A DNA stretch of 32,000 nucleotides. Origin: Candidatus Nitrospira inopinata. GTDB taxonomy: Bacteria; Nitrospirota; Nitrospiria; Nitrospirales; Nitrospiraceae. Made by a program: the position numbers and the translations under genes. The DNA lies in NCBI RefSeq assembly GCF_001458695.1, contig NZ_LN885086.1, forward strand, positions 1,020,001 to 1,052,000. Direction: 5' to 3'. Positions 24,013-32,000 of the stretch are shown here, piece after piece (the stretch's first letter is position 1; each line of letters opens with the position of its first letter). Below the pieces are notes generated by a model, which had not been told where the DNA came from, searched no databases, and saw only the letters and a list, made by a program, of their open reading frames with translations.

Positions 24013-25215
24013 TCAAAAGACGGGAACGATGGCTGTTTGAAGCGGTTCTCCATAGACCACCGCTTCTCGATCCGACACGTACACGTCCAGTTCGCTCCGG
24101 ATGCCGAATTCGCCGGGAAGATAGATACCGGGTTCCAGAGAAAAACAAGTGCGCGGCAAGAGACGTCGTTCGTCCCGCGTTTCCAAGTTGTCGATATTGG
24201 CTCCATTGCCATGGACTTCCTCGCCGATGGAATGGCCGGTCCGATGCACGAAGTAATCGCCGTATCCGGCCTCCCTGATCACGGAGCGGCAGACCTCATC
24301 GACCTCCCAGCCGAACGGGAAGTGCCCCCGAGACACTCGTTCTCGGATAAACGACAGGGCCGCGTCCCGACCTTGTCGGACATAGTCAAAAATCTCACGG
24401 TGTTTGGTGGGGATCGCGTCCCCCGTGTAGCAAGTCCACGTGATGTCGCCGTAAACGGATCCCGGTTCCTTCCGCTTGGCCCAGAGGTCCATCAACACCA
24501 GGTTGCCTCTGGAGATGGGGGCCGATCCGGATTCCGACGGTCCGTAGTGGGGATCGGCGCTGTGGGCGTCGACGGCGACAATGGGCGCGCCGGAGGTGAC
24601 CATGCCGGCGTCATGGATGTGTGAGAGGAGAAACTGCTGCACGTCGTATTCCGTCATCCGTTTTCCATTGGAGAGGGCCGTCCCGATATGGGCGAAGGCC
24701 TCGTCGACGATCCTCCGAAGCGCCGTGACCGCGTAGCGGTGGGACTCCAGTTGCTCGTCGGTCCAGACCGCTTCGAATCGCTGGACGAGGTCGGCGGACG
24801 TGATGATTTCGATCCCGAAGCTGCGGATCAATTCAACGGTGCCCGCATCGACGCGCGAAAGATAGGGAACGGCGTTGAAGGGGGAGTATTGCATGGCGAT
24901 CCGCCGCCGGCCCCCCAACAGAGAAGAGAGCAACGTCCGTTGTTGTTCCCACGACACGTAATAGCGGGTGTCGCCGGGCAGCTCATCTAAGACACGGGGT
25001 TCGATCCGGTGAAGCAGTTTCACCGGCTCTCCGGAAGCCGGAATCCAGTAGTACCACCGTCTGGTGACGTGCCGACCCGCGTCGAGCAGCAGGACCCGAT
25101 AGGCCAGGGGGTCGCTTCCGCGAAAGTCGTAGAAGAGCCATCCGTCAAGCCCCTCCGTTTCCCGAAGGGCCTGTTGGATCGAGGCGATTCGTTGGTCATG
25201 CGCCGAAGGGTTCAT
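24013..25215 (-). CDS. M24-family metallopeptidase (Xaa-Pro aminopeptidase/dipeptidase-like)
   Basis: The C-terminal pita-bread fold motifs are present: LVLMDLWA (D), HRTGHSIGEEVHG (H), SLEPGIY (E) and IRSELDV (E). Confidence 0.85.
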   Translation of the reverse strand: MNPSAHDQRIASIQQALRETEGLDGWLFYDFRGSDPLAYRVLLLDAGRHVTRRWYYWIPASGEPVKLLHRIEPRVLDELPGDTRYYVSWEQQRTLLSSLLGGRRRIAMQYSPFNAVPYLSRVDAGTVELIRSFGIEIITSADLVQRFEAVWTDEQLESHRYAVTALRRIVDEAFAHIGTALSNGKRMTEYDVQQFLLSHIHDAGMVTSGAPIVAVDAHSADPHYGPSESGSAPISRGNLVLMDLWAKRKEPGSVYGDITWTCYTGDAIPTKHREIFDYVRQGRDAALSFIRERVSRGHFPFGWEVDEVCRSVIREAGYGDYFVHRTGHSIGEEVHGNGANIDNLETRDERRLLPRTCFSLEPGIYLPGEFGIRSELDVYVSDREAVVYGEPLQTAIVPVF

Positions 25216-25223
25216 GTTGCCGC

Positions 25224-25253
25224 ATCTTATTCGTTGGACCCAGAGGGCGTCAA
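25224..25253 (-). promoter_or_regulatory. Candidate promoter of the M24 peptidase gene; predicted leaderless
   Basis: On the minus strand: TTGACG (comp. 25248-25253), an 18-nt spacer, then TAAGAT (comp. 25224-25229). Only 8 nt (gcggcaac) follow before the ATG (comp. 25213-25215), and there is no SD. Confidence 0.45.
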
Positions 25254-25312
25254 TTTGAGTTGAGGACGCGTGACGGGGAAGATCGGCGTCCGCAGAGATC
25301 CGTGACGTCTCA

Positions 25313-25321
25313 TGTTACAAT
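25313..25321 (+). promoter_or_regulatory. Extended -10 element (TGtTACAAT) upstream of the hypothetical gene at 25334
   Basis: TG at 25313-25314 and TACAAT at 25316-25321. ATG 25334 lies 12 nt downstream. There is no SD and no clear -35. Confidence 0.3.
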
Positions 25322-25333
25322 GCCACGCGTATT

Positions 25334-25804
25334 ATGATGAAAGAACTCTTCGGCGGATCGTCTTCCTACCGAGTGACGTTGTTCTTCGGCCCGGAGCCGG
25401 TTCATGGGACGACCGACGTACTGGCGTGCGTGTTCAACGTCAAGAAACGGAGCTGGAAAGCCGGCGTTCAGGTTTCCGTGGAAGTCATCCTTGAGCAGGT
25501 GGCTCGCCTTCGGCACGAGCTGCGACTCATGGATCGGCTGTCGGAGGCGTTGCTGGCGATTGCGCCGGAAGGACGTTCGGCTTGTGAGCAACGGATCGAG
25601 GATCTGTTTGTTCAAGCGGTGGCCTGGTGTAAACTGGCGCTTGGAATGGAAGCCGGCTTGACTCAAGAGAACCAATGTATCCCAGCCGCCGTCTTTGTAT
25701 CGGAGCTCGACCGGTTGGTCATGGATCGACGGGAGGACGTGGTGGCCTACATTGTGTCGGAGTTGGATCTGGCGATCGATCCGTCGCCGCCCTCGCCGTT
25801 GTAG
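25334..25804 (+). CDS. Hypothetical protein (156 aa)
   Basis: The plus-strand ORF has balanced, protein-like composition and G/C-rich third codon positions. The overlapping minus-strand ORF (25310-25837) is Arg-rich and looks like an antisense artefact. I recognise no family. Confidence 0.55.
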   Translation: MMKELFGGSSSYRVTLFFGPEPVHGTTDVLACVFNVKKRSWKAGVQVSVEVILEQVARLRHELRLMDRLSEALLAIAPEGRSACEQRIEDLFVQAVAWCKLALGMEAGLTQENQCIPAAVFVSELDRLVMDRREDVVAYIVSELDLAIDPSPPSPL

Positions 25805-25926
25805 TCTTTTCCAAGCAAAGGGTTTGCATTCATCCATGGATTTGTTATAACGCAGTGATCATCACGCCGCGAGATGCGTGCACGGTCATCAACAGTCGCG
25901 GCCCTCAAGGGAAGGAGGCACTTCAC

Positions 25927-26319
25927 GTGAGAGTTTCGATCGTGGTGTTCATCGTTGTCCTCGCCTACGGTTCCATGGTGGCTGCTCCCTCCTGGAGCCA
26001 GTCGTCGTCCGCCGACACGCAGCAAGGAACGGCTTCCGGGGCCGGTCTGGGCGCCGCGTCGGCCGTCGCGACGATTTTATATTTTCCGTTTAAGGGAGCC
26101 TTTGCGCTCGGGGGAGGGATCGTCGGCGGTCTTGCCTATGTCTTTTCCGGTTTCAATGAACAAACCGCGAAAAGCATTTGGGTCCCCAGCATCTACGGAA
26201 CCTACGTCATCACCCCGGAGCATCTGACCGGTGATCGTCCCGTCCGATTCATCGGCGTTGCAGCGGAGGGCGATGACGCGGTGACGCCGTCGGAGCCGAC
26301 GGGTAGCCCTTCCTACTAG
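25927..26319 (+). CDS. Small secreted/membrane Gly-rich hypothetical protein (130 aa)
   Basis: A GGAGG SD (25914-25918) lies 8 nt before GTG 25927. The product begins MRVSIVVFIVVLAYGSMVAAPSWSQ, a signal peptide. Gly/Ala-rich hydrophobic segments follow (GAGLGAASAVATILYFPFKGAFALGGGIVGGLAYVF). The stop is 3 nt before the next gene. Confidence 0.6.
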   Translation: MRVSIVVFIVVLAYGSMVAAPSWSQSSSADTQQGTASGAGLGAASAVATILYFPFKGAFALGGGIVGGLAYVFSGFNEQTAKSIWVPSIYGTYVITPEHLTGDRPVRFIGVAAEGDDAVTPSEPTGSPSY

Positions 26320-26322
26320 GTC

Positions 26323-27063
26323 ATGAAGCCTGTCATCGGCGTGACGCCGGACTTCAATGCCGGTGACAGGAAAGACATGGGCGGGCGGGAGCCCACGTAC
26401 TTTTTACGGGCTCGCTACGTTCGGGCGATCGAAGAGCTGGGCGGCATCCCCTTGATCCTCCCGCTTGTGGCGGGGCCGAGCGCGAGGCGCCGATTGCTCG
26501 ACGGTGTTGACGGGCTTCTGATCACCGGCAGTGGTCCGGACTTGCCTCCTCGTCTCTACGGCGAGCGTCAACTGTATCCGTTTCCGTTAGTGAGCAAGCG
26601 ACGCGCCGATTTCGAGCTCGAGTTGGTCCATCAAGCCCGCGCCCGCGATCTCCCTCTCCTAGGCATTTGCGGAGGCATGCAAACGATCAACGTGGCGTGC
26701 GGCGGGAGCCTCTTTCAAGATATTCCGTCCCAGGTTGACCGCGCGTTGAACCATCGTCAGAAGACCAAGGCGACGAGGGTGTCTCATCCCGTCGTGGTCG
26801 CGCCGAAGAGCCTGCTTCGAAGCATCGTCGGGCGATCCACGTTGCTGGTGAACAGCTCTCACCATCAATCCGTCAAACGAGTGGCGCCCGCGCTGATCGC
26901 GAGCGCGACGGCTCCCGATGGGATCGTGGAAGCCATCGAATCACCCGCCCTCCGTTTCCTCCTGGCGGTTCAATGGCACCCGGAATTTCTCTTCGACCGC
27001 CACGCGGCCCATAAAAAGTTGTTTACGGCTCTGTTGCGTGCCGCGCGACGGACCCGATCATGA
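26323..27063 (+). CDS. Class I glutamine amidotransferase-like / peptidase C26 gamma-glutamyl hydrolase (PuuD-like)
   Basis: The translation contains DGLLITGSGPD, the nucleophile elbow LLGICGGMQTIN, and the later SSHHQ and VQWHPE blocks typical of the C26/PuuD family. Confidence 0.85.
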   Translation: MKPVIGVTPDFNAGDRKDMGGREPTYFLRARYVRAIEELGGIPLILPLVAGPSARRRLLDGVDGLLITGSGPDLPPRLYGERQLYPFPLVSKRRADFELELVHQARARDLPLLGICGGMQTINVACGGSLFQDIPSQVDRALNHRQKTKATRVSHPVVVAPKSLLRSIVGRSTLLVNSSHHQSVKRVAPALIASATAPDGIVEAIESPALRFLLAVQWHPEFLFDRHAAHKKLFTALLRAARRTRS

Positions 27064-27124
27064 ATCAGATCGACGAAGCGGAAGAAGAAGGGATTCGTCT
27101 CGCTCCCGCTAGGCGTGGTCGCGC

Positions 27125-28621
27125 ATGGAGCCTCAGATGAGTGAACCGACAACTCCTTCTGGTGCGGTCCGGGATGCCGGAGGATCGGTGACCAGTCGGC
27201 TCTTTCGGACCAAATCCATCGCTCAGATCTTGGCGGACGCCGAACGGCCTGAGCACCGCCTGAAGAAGACCTTGACGGCCTGGGATTTGGTCGCCCTCGG
27301 GATAGGCGCGATCATCGGGACCGGCATTTTCGTGCTGGTCGGGACCGCCATCGTGGGCGACATGTATCGGCCTGGAGCCGGTCCCGGCATCATGCTGTCC
27401 TTTGTCTTGTCGGGGTTGACGTGCGCCTTGGCCGCCCTCTGTTACGCGGAATTTTCGGCGATGATCCCCGTCGCCGGTTCCGCCTATACCTTTTCATACG
27501 CCACGTTGGGTGAATTTCTCGCCTGGCTCACGGGATGGAATCTGATCCTGGAGTACGGCGTCGCCTGCGTCGCGGTGGCCATCGGGTGGTCCGGCTACTT
27601 CACTAAATTGCTCGCGCTCGCGGGGCTGGAGTTGCCCTATTGGGCGACCAATCCTCCTCATTGGGCGGGAGGGCCGGAGGGAAGCATCGCCAATTTCCCG
27701 GCGGCGATCATCGTGTTGCTGATCACGTTGATCCTGGTGATCGGCATCAAAGAGAGCGCGCGCACCGCCGGATTCATCGTCGTCCTCAAATTGGGGGTCA
27801 TTCTCTTCTTTATCGCCGTCGGCGCTCCCGCCGTGGACGTCAACAATTGGCGACCGTTCATGCCGAATGGATTCGAGGGCGTGCGGGCCGCCGCCGCGAT
27901 CATTTTCTTCGCCTATATCGGATTCGACGCCGTCTCCACCGCCGCGGAGGAAGCCCGCAATCCTCAGCGCGACGTGCCGTTGGGCATTCTCGGCTCGTTG
28001 GCCGTGTGCACGATCCTCTACATTTCCGTCGCGGCGGTGCTGACCGGTCTGGTGTCGATGGAGCAAATCGATATCCACGCGCCGGTGGCCGAGGCGCTGA
28101 GCGTCGTCGGAATCAAATGGGGGGCGGCGCTGGTCGCCGTCGGCGCCGTTGCCGGCATCACCAGCGTGCTCGTCGTGATGATGCTCGGGCAGATCCGCGT
28201 CTTCTTTGCGATGTCGAGGGATCGGCTGCTGAGCCCAGGCTTGTCCGTCGTGCATCCGACGTTTGGGACGCCGCACCGGGTGACGATTCTGACGGGAGTG
28301 GTCGTGGCGATCTTGGCCGCCTTGTTTCGTATCGGGGACGCGGCCGATATGACGAATATCGGAACCTTCTTTGCCTTTGTGTTGGTCTGCTCCGGCGTCA
28401 TGGTGCTCCGGTACACCAAACCGGAGCAGCCTCGCCCTTTCCGCCTCCCCTTCATGCCGATCGTGCCGCTCTTGGGCATCGCGGCCTGTCTGTATCTGAT
28501 GGCGGGATTGCCGAAGTTGACCTGGATCCGCTTTGTCGTCTGGACCGTCGTCGGAATTCTCGTGTATCTGGCATACGGATTTCGGCACAGCAAGCTCGCC
28601 GCCCAGGCCGACCGATCGTGA
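27125..28621 (+). CDS. APC-superfamily amino acid (cationic amino acid/polyamine-type) permease
   Basis: The protein is 498 aa with about 12 hydrophobic segments. The N-terminal signature reads LKKTLTAWDLVALGIGAIIGTGIFVLVGTA. Confidence 0.9.
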   Translation: MEPQMSEPTTPSGAVRDAGGSVTSRLFRTKSIAQILADAERPEHRLKKTLTAWDLVALGIGAIIGTGIFVLVGTAIVGDMYRPGAGPGIMLSFVLSGLTCALAALCYAEFSAMIPVAGSAYTFSYATLGEFLAWLTGWNLILEYGVACVAVAIGWSGYFTKLLALAGLELPYWATNPPHWAGGPEGSIANFPAAIIVLLITLILVIGIKESARTAGFIVVLKLGVILFFIAVGAPAVDVNNWRPFMPNGFEGVRAAAAIIFFAYIGFDAVSTAAEEARNPQRDVPLGILGSLAVCTILYISVAAVLTGLVSMEQIDIHAPVAEALSVVGIKWGAALVAVGAVAGITSVLVVMMLGQIRVFFAMSRDRLLSPGLSVVHPTFGTPHRVTILTGVVVAILAALFRIGDAADMTNIGTFFAFVLVCSGVMVLRYTKPEQPRPFRLPFMPIVPLLGIAACLYLMAGLPKLTWIRFVVWTVVGILVYLAYGFRHSKLAAQADRS

Positions 28622-28713
28622 CCCGTCTTGTTGCCGGCATCATGGCAGATGACCTGGTCGAGGACGGTCCCTGCCGATCGGGAGATGACAAGCCGTCTGG
28701 CTCGACGAGCATG

Positions 28714-28899
28714 TCACGGCCGTGGAGGATCGTCAAAAATCGCTCCACATTCCAGACATCGAACCTTTCCCGTCGGCTTGCCGCGTCTGGTTCGCACGTC
28801 ATCGATGATACGCCGATGAGCGCAAAGGATCTGTGCGACGCAGGATTCAAGGGCGTGAGCCTTGGGAGGAGTTCCCTTGACGTCCAACGGAGTCTCCAT
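28714..28899 (-). CDS. Small Cys-containing hypothetical protein (61 aa; possible zinc-ribbon-like CxxC)
   Basis: A strong SD lies on the minus strand (AAGGAGGGAGG immediately upstream of the ATG, comp. 28897-28899). The product is METPLDVKGTPPKAHALESCVAQILCAHRRIIDDVRTRRGKPTGKVRCLECGAIFDDPPRP. The track ORF start at 28962 lacks an SD. Confidence 0.45.
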   Translation of the reverse strand: METPLDVKGTPPKAHALESCVAQILCAHRRIIDDVRTRRGKPTGKVRCLECGAIFDDPPRP

Positions 28900-28991
28900 C
28901 CTCCCTCCTTTTTTCAATGGAAAACGAGATTTCGCCGGAAGTCTCTCGTGAGCGCCACCCATTTGAGAAAACGATCCGCTTAAGCAGCTCC

Positions 28992-29321
28992 TCAGCCGAG
29001 AGATACACGCTTTCTTTCAGCGAGGCCGGACTGATCCCCTGGCCGTGGAATCCCAGGGGCGACATCGCCGGCATGGATCTCCTGAGAGATCGACGCATAG
29101 GAACGCTCGCTCGTTTCGACACGAGCGGCTTGCACCCGGTAAGTCCTGTTTTTGTCAAGGGTGACACGAACCTGCCCCGTCCTGCTCAGATAATCGACGG
29201 CCAAAAATACTTGGTTCCACGTCAAGTCGGGGCAGAGACCCACGACATCTTCCATGGCGCAATCGGTGCCCAATTGCTCCAGCGCGTGCCGAACGTGCTC
29301 GATGATGTGTGACACCACCAT
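28992..29321 (-). CDS. Hypothetical protein (109 aa), possibly winged-helix-like
   Basis: AGGAGG (comp. 29328-29333) lies 6 nt upstream of the ATG (comp. 29319-29321). The product begins MVVSHIIEHVRHALEQLGTDCAMEDVVGLCPDLTWNQVFLAVDYLSRTGQVRVTLDKNRTYRVQ. The antisense plus-strand ORF 28917-29312 has no SD. Confidence 0.5.
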   Translation of the reverse strand: MVVSHIIEHVRHALEQLGTDCAMEDVVGLCPDLTWNQVFLAVDYLSRTGQVRVTLDKNRTYRVQAARVETSERSYASISQEIHAGDVAPGIPRPGDQSGLAERKRVSLG

Positions 29322-29359
29322 GGCACACCTCCTGGTCAACAGACGTTCTCCTTGCTCCG

Positions 29360-29384
29360 CATACGTAACCCCGTCACATACGTA
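29360..29384. repeat. Direct repeat CATACGTA-N9-CATACGTA upstream of the 109-aa gene (candidate operator)
   Basis: CATACGTA occurs at 29360-29367 and again at 29377-29384, and each copy contains the palindrome TACGTA. The repeat lies 39-63 nt upstream of the start codon at 29321, in a stretch of lower GC. Confidence 0.4.
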
Positions 29385-29582
29385 CTTAGAGAGATCGGGA
29401 GGTAAGGGAAACTAGGGGCATTACTAAAAGCGTGAAAGAAGATTACTGGGGACCGCTCGACGCTCAGAAGGCCGGCAGGAAAGCGGAGGCCGACAAAGTA
29501 TGGTCGGTGAGTGCTTCCAAGATTCAACCTGTTGTGTCTGAGGGGCGGTCGGCACAGAAGAGCAGGTTCGTCTCGTGTCGTC

Positions 29583-30674
29583 TTACATGGGCCGCTCGGC
29601 TGCCTGGTTGATCGAATGAAGAAGCGCCCGGTGTGCCTGGCAGCCCACGACCGACGTCGCATCGGAGAAGACGGCCGGTTGGGAGGAAGCCAGAAATCGC
29701 CCTTTTAAGCGGGCGATCCGTTCGAGCGATTGAGCCAAACGGTCGGTCGAGATCGTTCCGTCCGCGACGGCCTTGTCCAGCGCGTCGATCGCCGCCGCTT
29801 CTCGGTTGCGGTCTTTGCAGATCAAGATGATGTCGCAGCCGGCTTGAACCGACCGCACGGTCGCCTCTTCGATGCCGTAATGGTCGATGATCGCGCGCAT
29901 TTCAAGATCGTCGGTCAAGACGACGCCGTCATACCGCAGTTCTTGACGGAGCAGAGTTCCGATGACGGTCGGGGAAAGAGTCGCCGGATGGTTCTCATCC
30001 AGGGCGCGATACAGCACGTGGGCCGTCATCATCGCGGCGATGCCCTGCGACGCGGCGTGCCGAAACGGGAGCAGTTCGAGTCGCTCCAATCGTTCGCGCG
30101 AGGCCGTGACGACGGGCAATTCATGGTGCGAATCGGCCGCCGTGTCACCGTGGCCGGGAAAATGTTTGCCGCAGGCGATGACGCCGTTCTCTTGCAGGCC
30201 CCTGACCGCGGCCCATCCCAACTCGCACACGAGTTCGGGGGTGGAGCCGAAGGCTCGGTCTCCGATCACGGGGTTTGCGGGGTTGCTGTTGACGTCTAAC
30301 ACGGGCGCCATGTTCATGTTGATGCCGACGGCTCGCAGTTCGCGTGCCGTCGCTTCCGCCGCCGCGTAAGCCAACTGGGGAGACCGACATCGCCCCAGAA
30401 TCTCGCAGGGAGGAAAAATGGTGAACTCCTTGGGGAGTCGAGACACCCGTCCTCCCTCCTGGTCGACGGCGATCAACAAGGGAGATTGCGGGCTGCATCG
30501 CTGAAGCGCGTTGGTGAGTTCGACGATCTGTTCGGTCGATTGGAGATTTCTTGCGAACAAGATCACGCCGCCGGGCCGATACTCCTTGAGGAAAGCGGCG
30601 AGGTCGGGAGAAAGATCCGTGCCGTCGAAGCCGATCATGAAAAGCTGCCCGATCGTATCGCGCGACATCAGCAT
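29583..30674 (-). CDS. nagZ: Beta-N-acetylhexosaminidase NagZ (glycoside hydrolase family 3)
   Basis: The translation contains GQLFMIGFDGT..GGVILFARN..IAVDQEGGRV.RL..KHFPGHGDTAADSHHELPV, the GH3 NagZ motifs. I prefer ATG 30674 because GGAGG lies 8 nt upstream. The track uses GTG 30683, which overlaps that SD. Confidence 0.85.
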   Translation of the reverse strand: MLMSRDTIGQLFMIGFDGTDLSPDLAAFLKEYRPGGVILFARNLQSTEQIVELTNALQRCSPQSPLLIAVDQEGGRVSRLPKEFTIFPPCEILGRCRSPQLAYAAAEATARELRAVGINMNMAPVLDVNSNPANPVIGDRAFGSTPELVCELGWAAVRGLQENGVIACGKHFPGHGDTAADSHHELPVVTASRERLERLELLPFRHAASQGIAAMMTAHVLYRALDENHPATLSPTVIGTLLRQELRYDGVVLTDDLEMRAIIDHYGIEEATVRSVQAGCDIILICKDRNREAAAIDALDKAVADGTISTDRLAQSLERIARLKGRFLASSQPAVFSDATSVVGCQAHRALLHSINQAAERPM

Positions 30675-30786
30675 GGAATTCACCTCCGGATGCGGACACC
30701 GCCCCCGCGGAGAAGTGAATCGTCCGCGTGGCTCGATTTCTCTTCGCCGATCGGCCAGCCAAAGGCTTGCGCTGGGCGAGCAGGCG

Positions 30787-32000
30787 TCACAGGGAACGGT
30801 CCATGAGGTATTGGATCAGGAGTCTGGTGCCGATCCCCGTCGGTCCTTTGGGGACATAGGCCCGCTCGCGCTCGCTCCAATCGGTGCTGGCGATGTCGAG
30901 ATGGACCCAGGGCCAGTCGCCAGCGAACTTGCTTAAGAACAGCGCTGCGGTGATCATGCCGGCTCCGCGGCCGCCGATGTTCCGCATGTCCGCCACGTCG
31001 CTCTTGAGTTGCTCGAAATAATCTTCCCACAACGGCATTTCCCAGACCCGTTCGCCCGATCGTTGTCCCGCTTTGCGTAGCGACTCCTTCAAGGTGTCGT
31101 CCGTGCCGAACATGCCGATGGCGAACTGGCCGAGCGCGATGACACAGGCGCCGGTCAGCGTGGCGACGTCGATCATCGCCGCCGGTTTGTAGCGAGCGGC
31201 GTAAGCCAGTCCGTCGGCCAGAATCAATCGACCCTCGGCGTCGGTGTTCTGGACTTCGACGGTTTTGCCGGACAATGTTTTCACGACGTCTCCCGGCTTC
31301 ATCGCGCCGCCGCCGGGCATGTTCTCCGTCGCCGGGAGCAGACCGACCAAATTCAGCGGCAGTTTGAGCCGCGCCGCCGCTCGAACGGCGGCCAGGACTT
31401 CGGCCCCGCCGGTCATGTCCGCCTTCATGTGTTCCATGTTCTCGGCCGGTTTGAGCGAAATCCCGCCCGTGTCAAACGTGATCGTTTTCCCGACCAGGAC
31501 GACGGGACGGTCGTTCTTTTTTCGAGCGCCGTGATACTCCAGGATGATGAATTTCGGGGGCTCGTGGCTGCCGCGGGCGACGCCCAGCAACGCCCCCATG
31601 CCGAGTTTGGCCATGTCCTTTCGTTCGAGGATTTTGAGCGACACGCCCGCCTCCTTCGCCACGGCCTTGGCTTCTTCGGCAATTTTGGTCGGTGTCATCA
31701 CGTTGGAGGGATGGTTGCACAGATCGCGGACAAAGACGGCCGCCTCCGCAGTGGCGACTCCGCGCCGGATGCCTTCCGACAACGGACGTACATCGGATGA
31801 TTGCGAGGTCAGCAGCGTCATCGACCGTATGTCCGGTCCGGGCGTCGGTTCGGAGCGATAGGCGGTGAATTGATACGCGCCCAGAATCGCGCCTTCCGTC
31901 ATGGCTTGGGCGACGTCGATCATGGTCGAGTCCGGCGGCGTTACGGCGGGAACCGCCGCCGTGAAAGAAGCGGCCTTGACTTGCCGAACCCGTTTGACGG
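30787..32000 (-). CDS. pepA: Leucyl aminopeptidase PepA (M17); the N-terminus lies beyond the window
   Basis: The translation contains VGKTITFDTGGISLKP and the M17 signature NTDAEGRLILADGLAYA. The reading frame stays open upstream of the track Met (31923) to the window edge (..VKRVRQVKAASFTAAVPAVTPPDST-M..). The 378 aa seen here are short for PepA. Confidence 0.9.
   Translation of the reverse strand, partial: VKRVRQVKAASFTAAVPAVTPPDSTMIDVAQAMTEGAILGAYQFTAYRSEPTPGPDIRSMTLLTSQSSDVRPLSEGIRRGVATAEAAVFVRDLCNHPSNVMTPTKIAEEAKAVAKEAGVSLKILERKDMAKLGMGALLGVARGSHEPPKFIILEYHGARKKNDRPVVLVGKTITFDTGGISLKPAENMEHMKADMTGGAEVLAAVRAAARLKLPLNLVGLLPATENMPGGGAMKPGDVVKTLSGKTVEVQNTDAEGRLILADGLAYAARYKPAAMIDVATLTGACVIALGQFAIGMFGTDDTLKESLRKAGQRSGERVWEMPLWEDYFEQLKSDVADMRNIGGRGAGMITAALFLSKFAGDWPWVHLDIASTDWSERERAYVPKGPTGIGTRLLIQYLMDRSL

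Overview
This is a high-GC (roughly 60% by eye) bacterial chromosomal segment that is densely coding and mostly housekeeping. I suspect a Nitrospirota-like lineage, but I cannot verify that without a database search.

Gene order:
- rimO (partial, minus strand).
- A mercury-type merR-merT-merP cluster followed by a CxxC protein of the carboxymuconolactone-decarboxylase (AhpD-like) family.
- A gamma-carbonic-anhydrase-like protein.
- A vapBC toxin-antitoxin cassette flanked by a decayed copy of the 3' end of the neighbouring orphan gene.
- M28 peptidase and argB.
- The trmFO-xerC-hslV-hslU operon (minus strand).
- tRNA-Val, two lipoproteins and dksA.
- The ffs(SRP RNA)-dnaX-ybaB-recR cluster (minus strand).
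- Divergent tRNA-Ser and tRNA-Leu.
- tig-clpP-clpX.
- Two tandem PilZ-like paralogs.
- A TatA-like protein with a very long tail.
- An M24 aminopeptidase and two hypothetical genes.
- A C26/GATase-like hydrolase and an APC permease.
- Two small SD-led orphan genes.
- nagZ and pepA (partial).

I saw no CRISPR array, rRNA, transposase or phage genes.

Most noteworthy observations:
1. A MerR/MerT/MerP set with all canonical Hg-ligand cysteines, but with no merA nearby and a Cys-rich AhpD-like protein in its place.
2. A vapBC cassette sitting between diverged direct repeats of a gene 3' end.
3. Recurrent promoter-like -10 boxes only 6-12 nt upstream of start codons that lack Shine-Dalgarno sequences, suggesting leaderless mRNAs.
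4. PilZ-like paralogs that keep RxxxR but have lost the D/NxSxxG motif.

All calls come from reading the sequence and ORF translations by eye. No searches were run.
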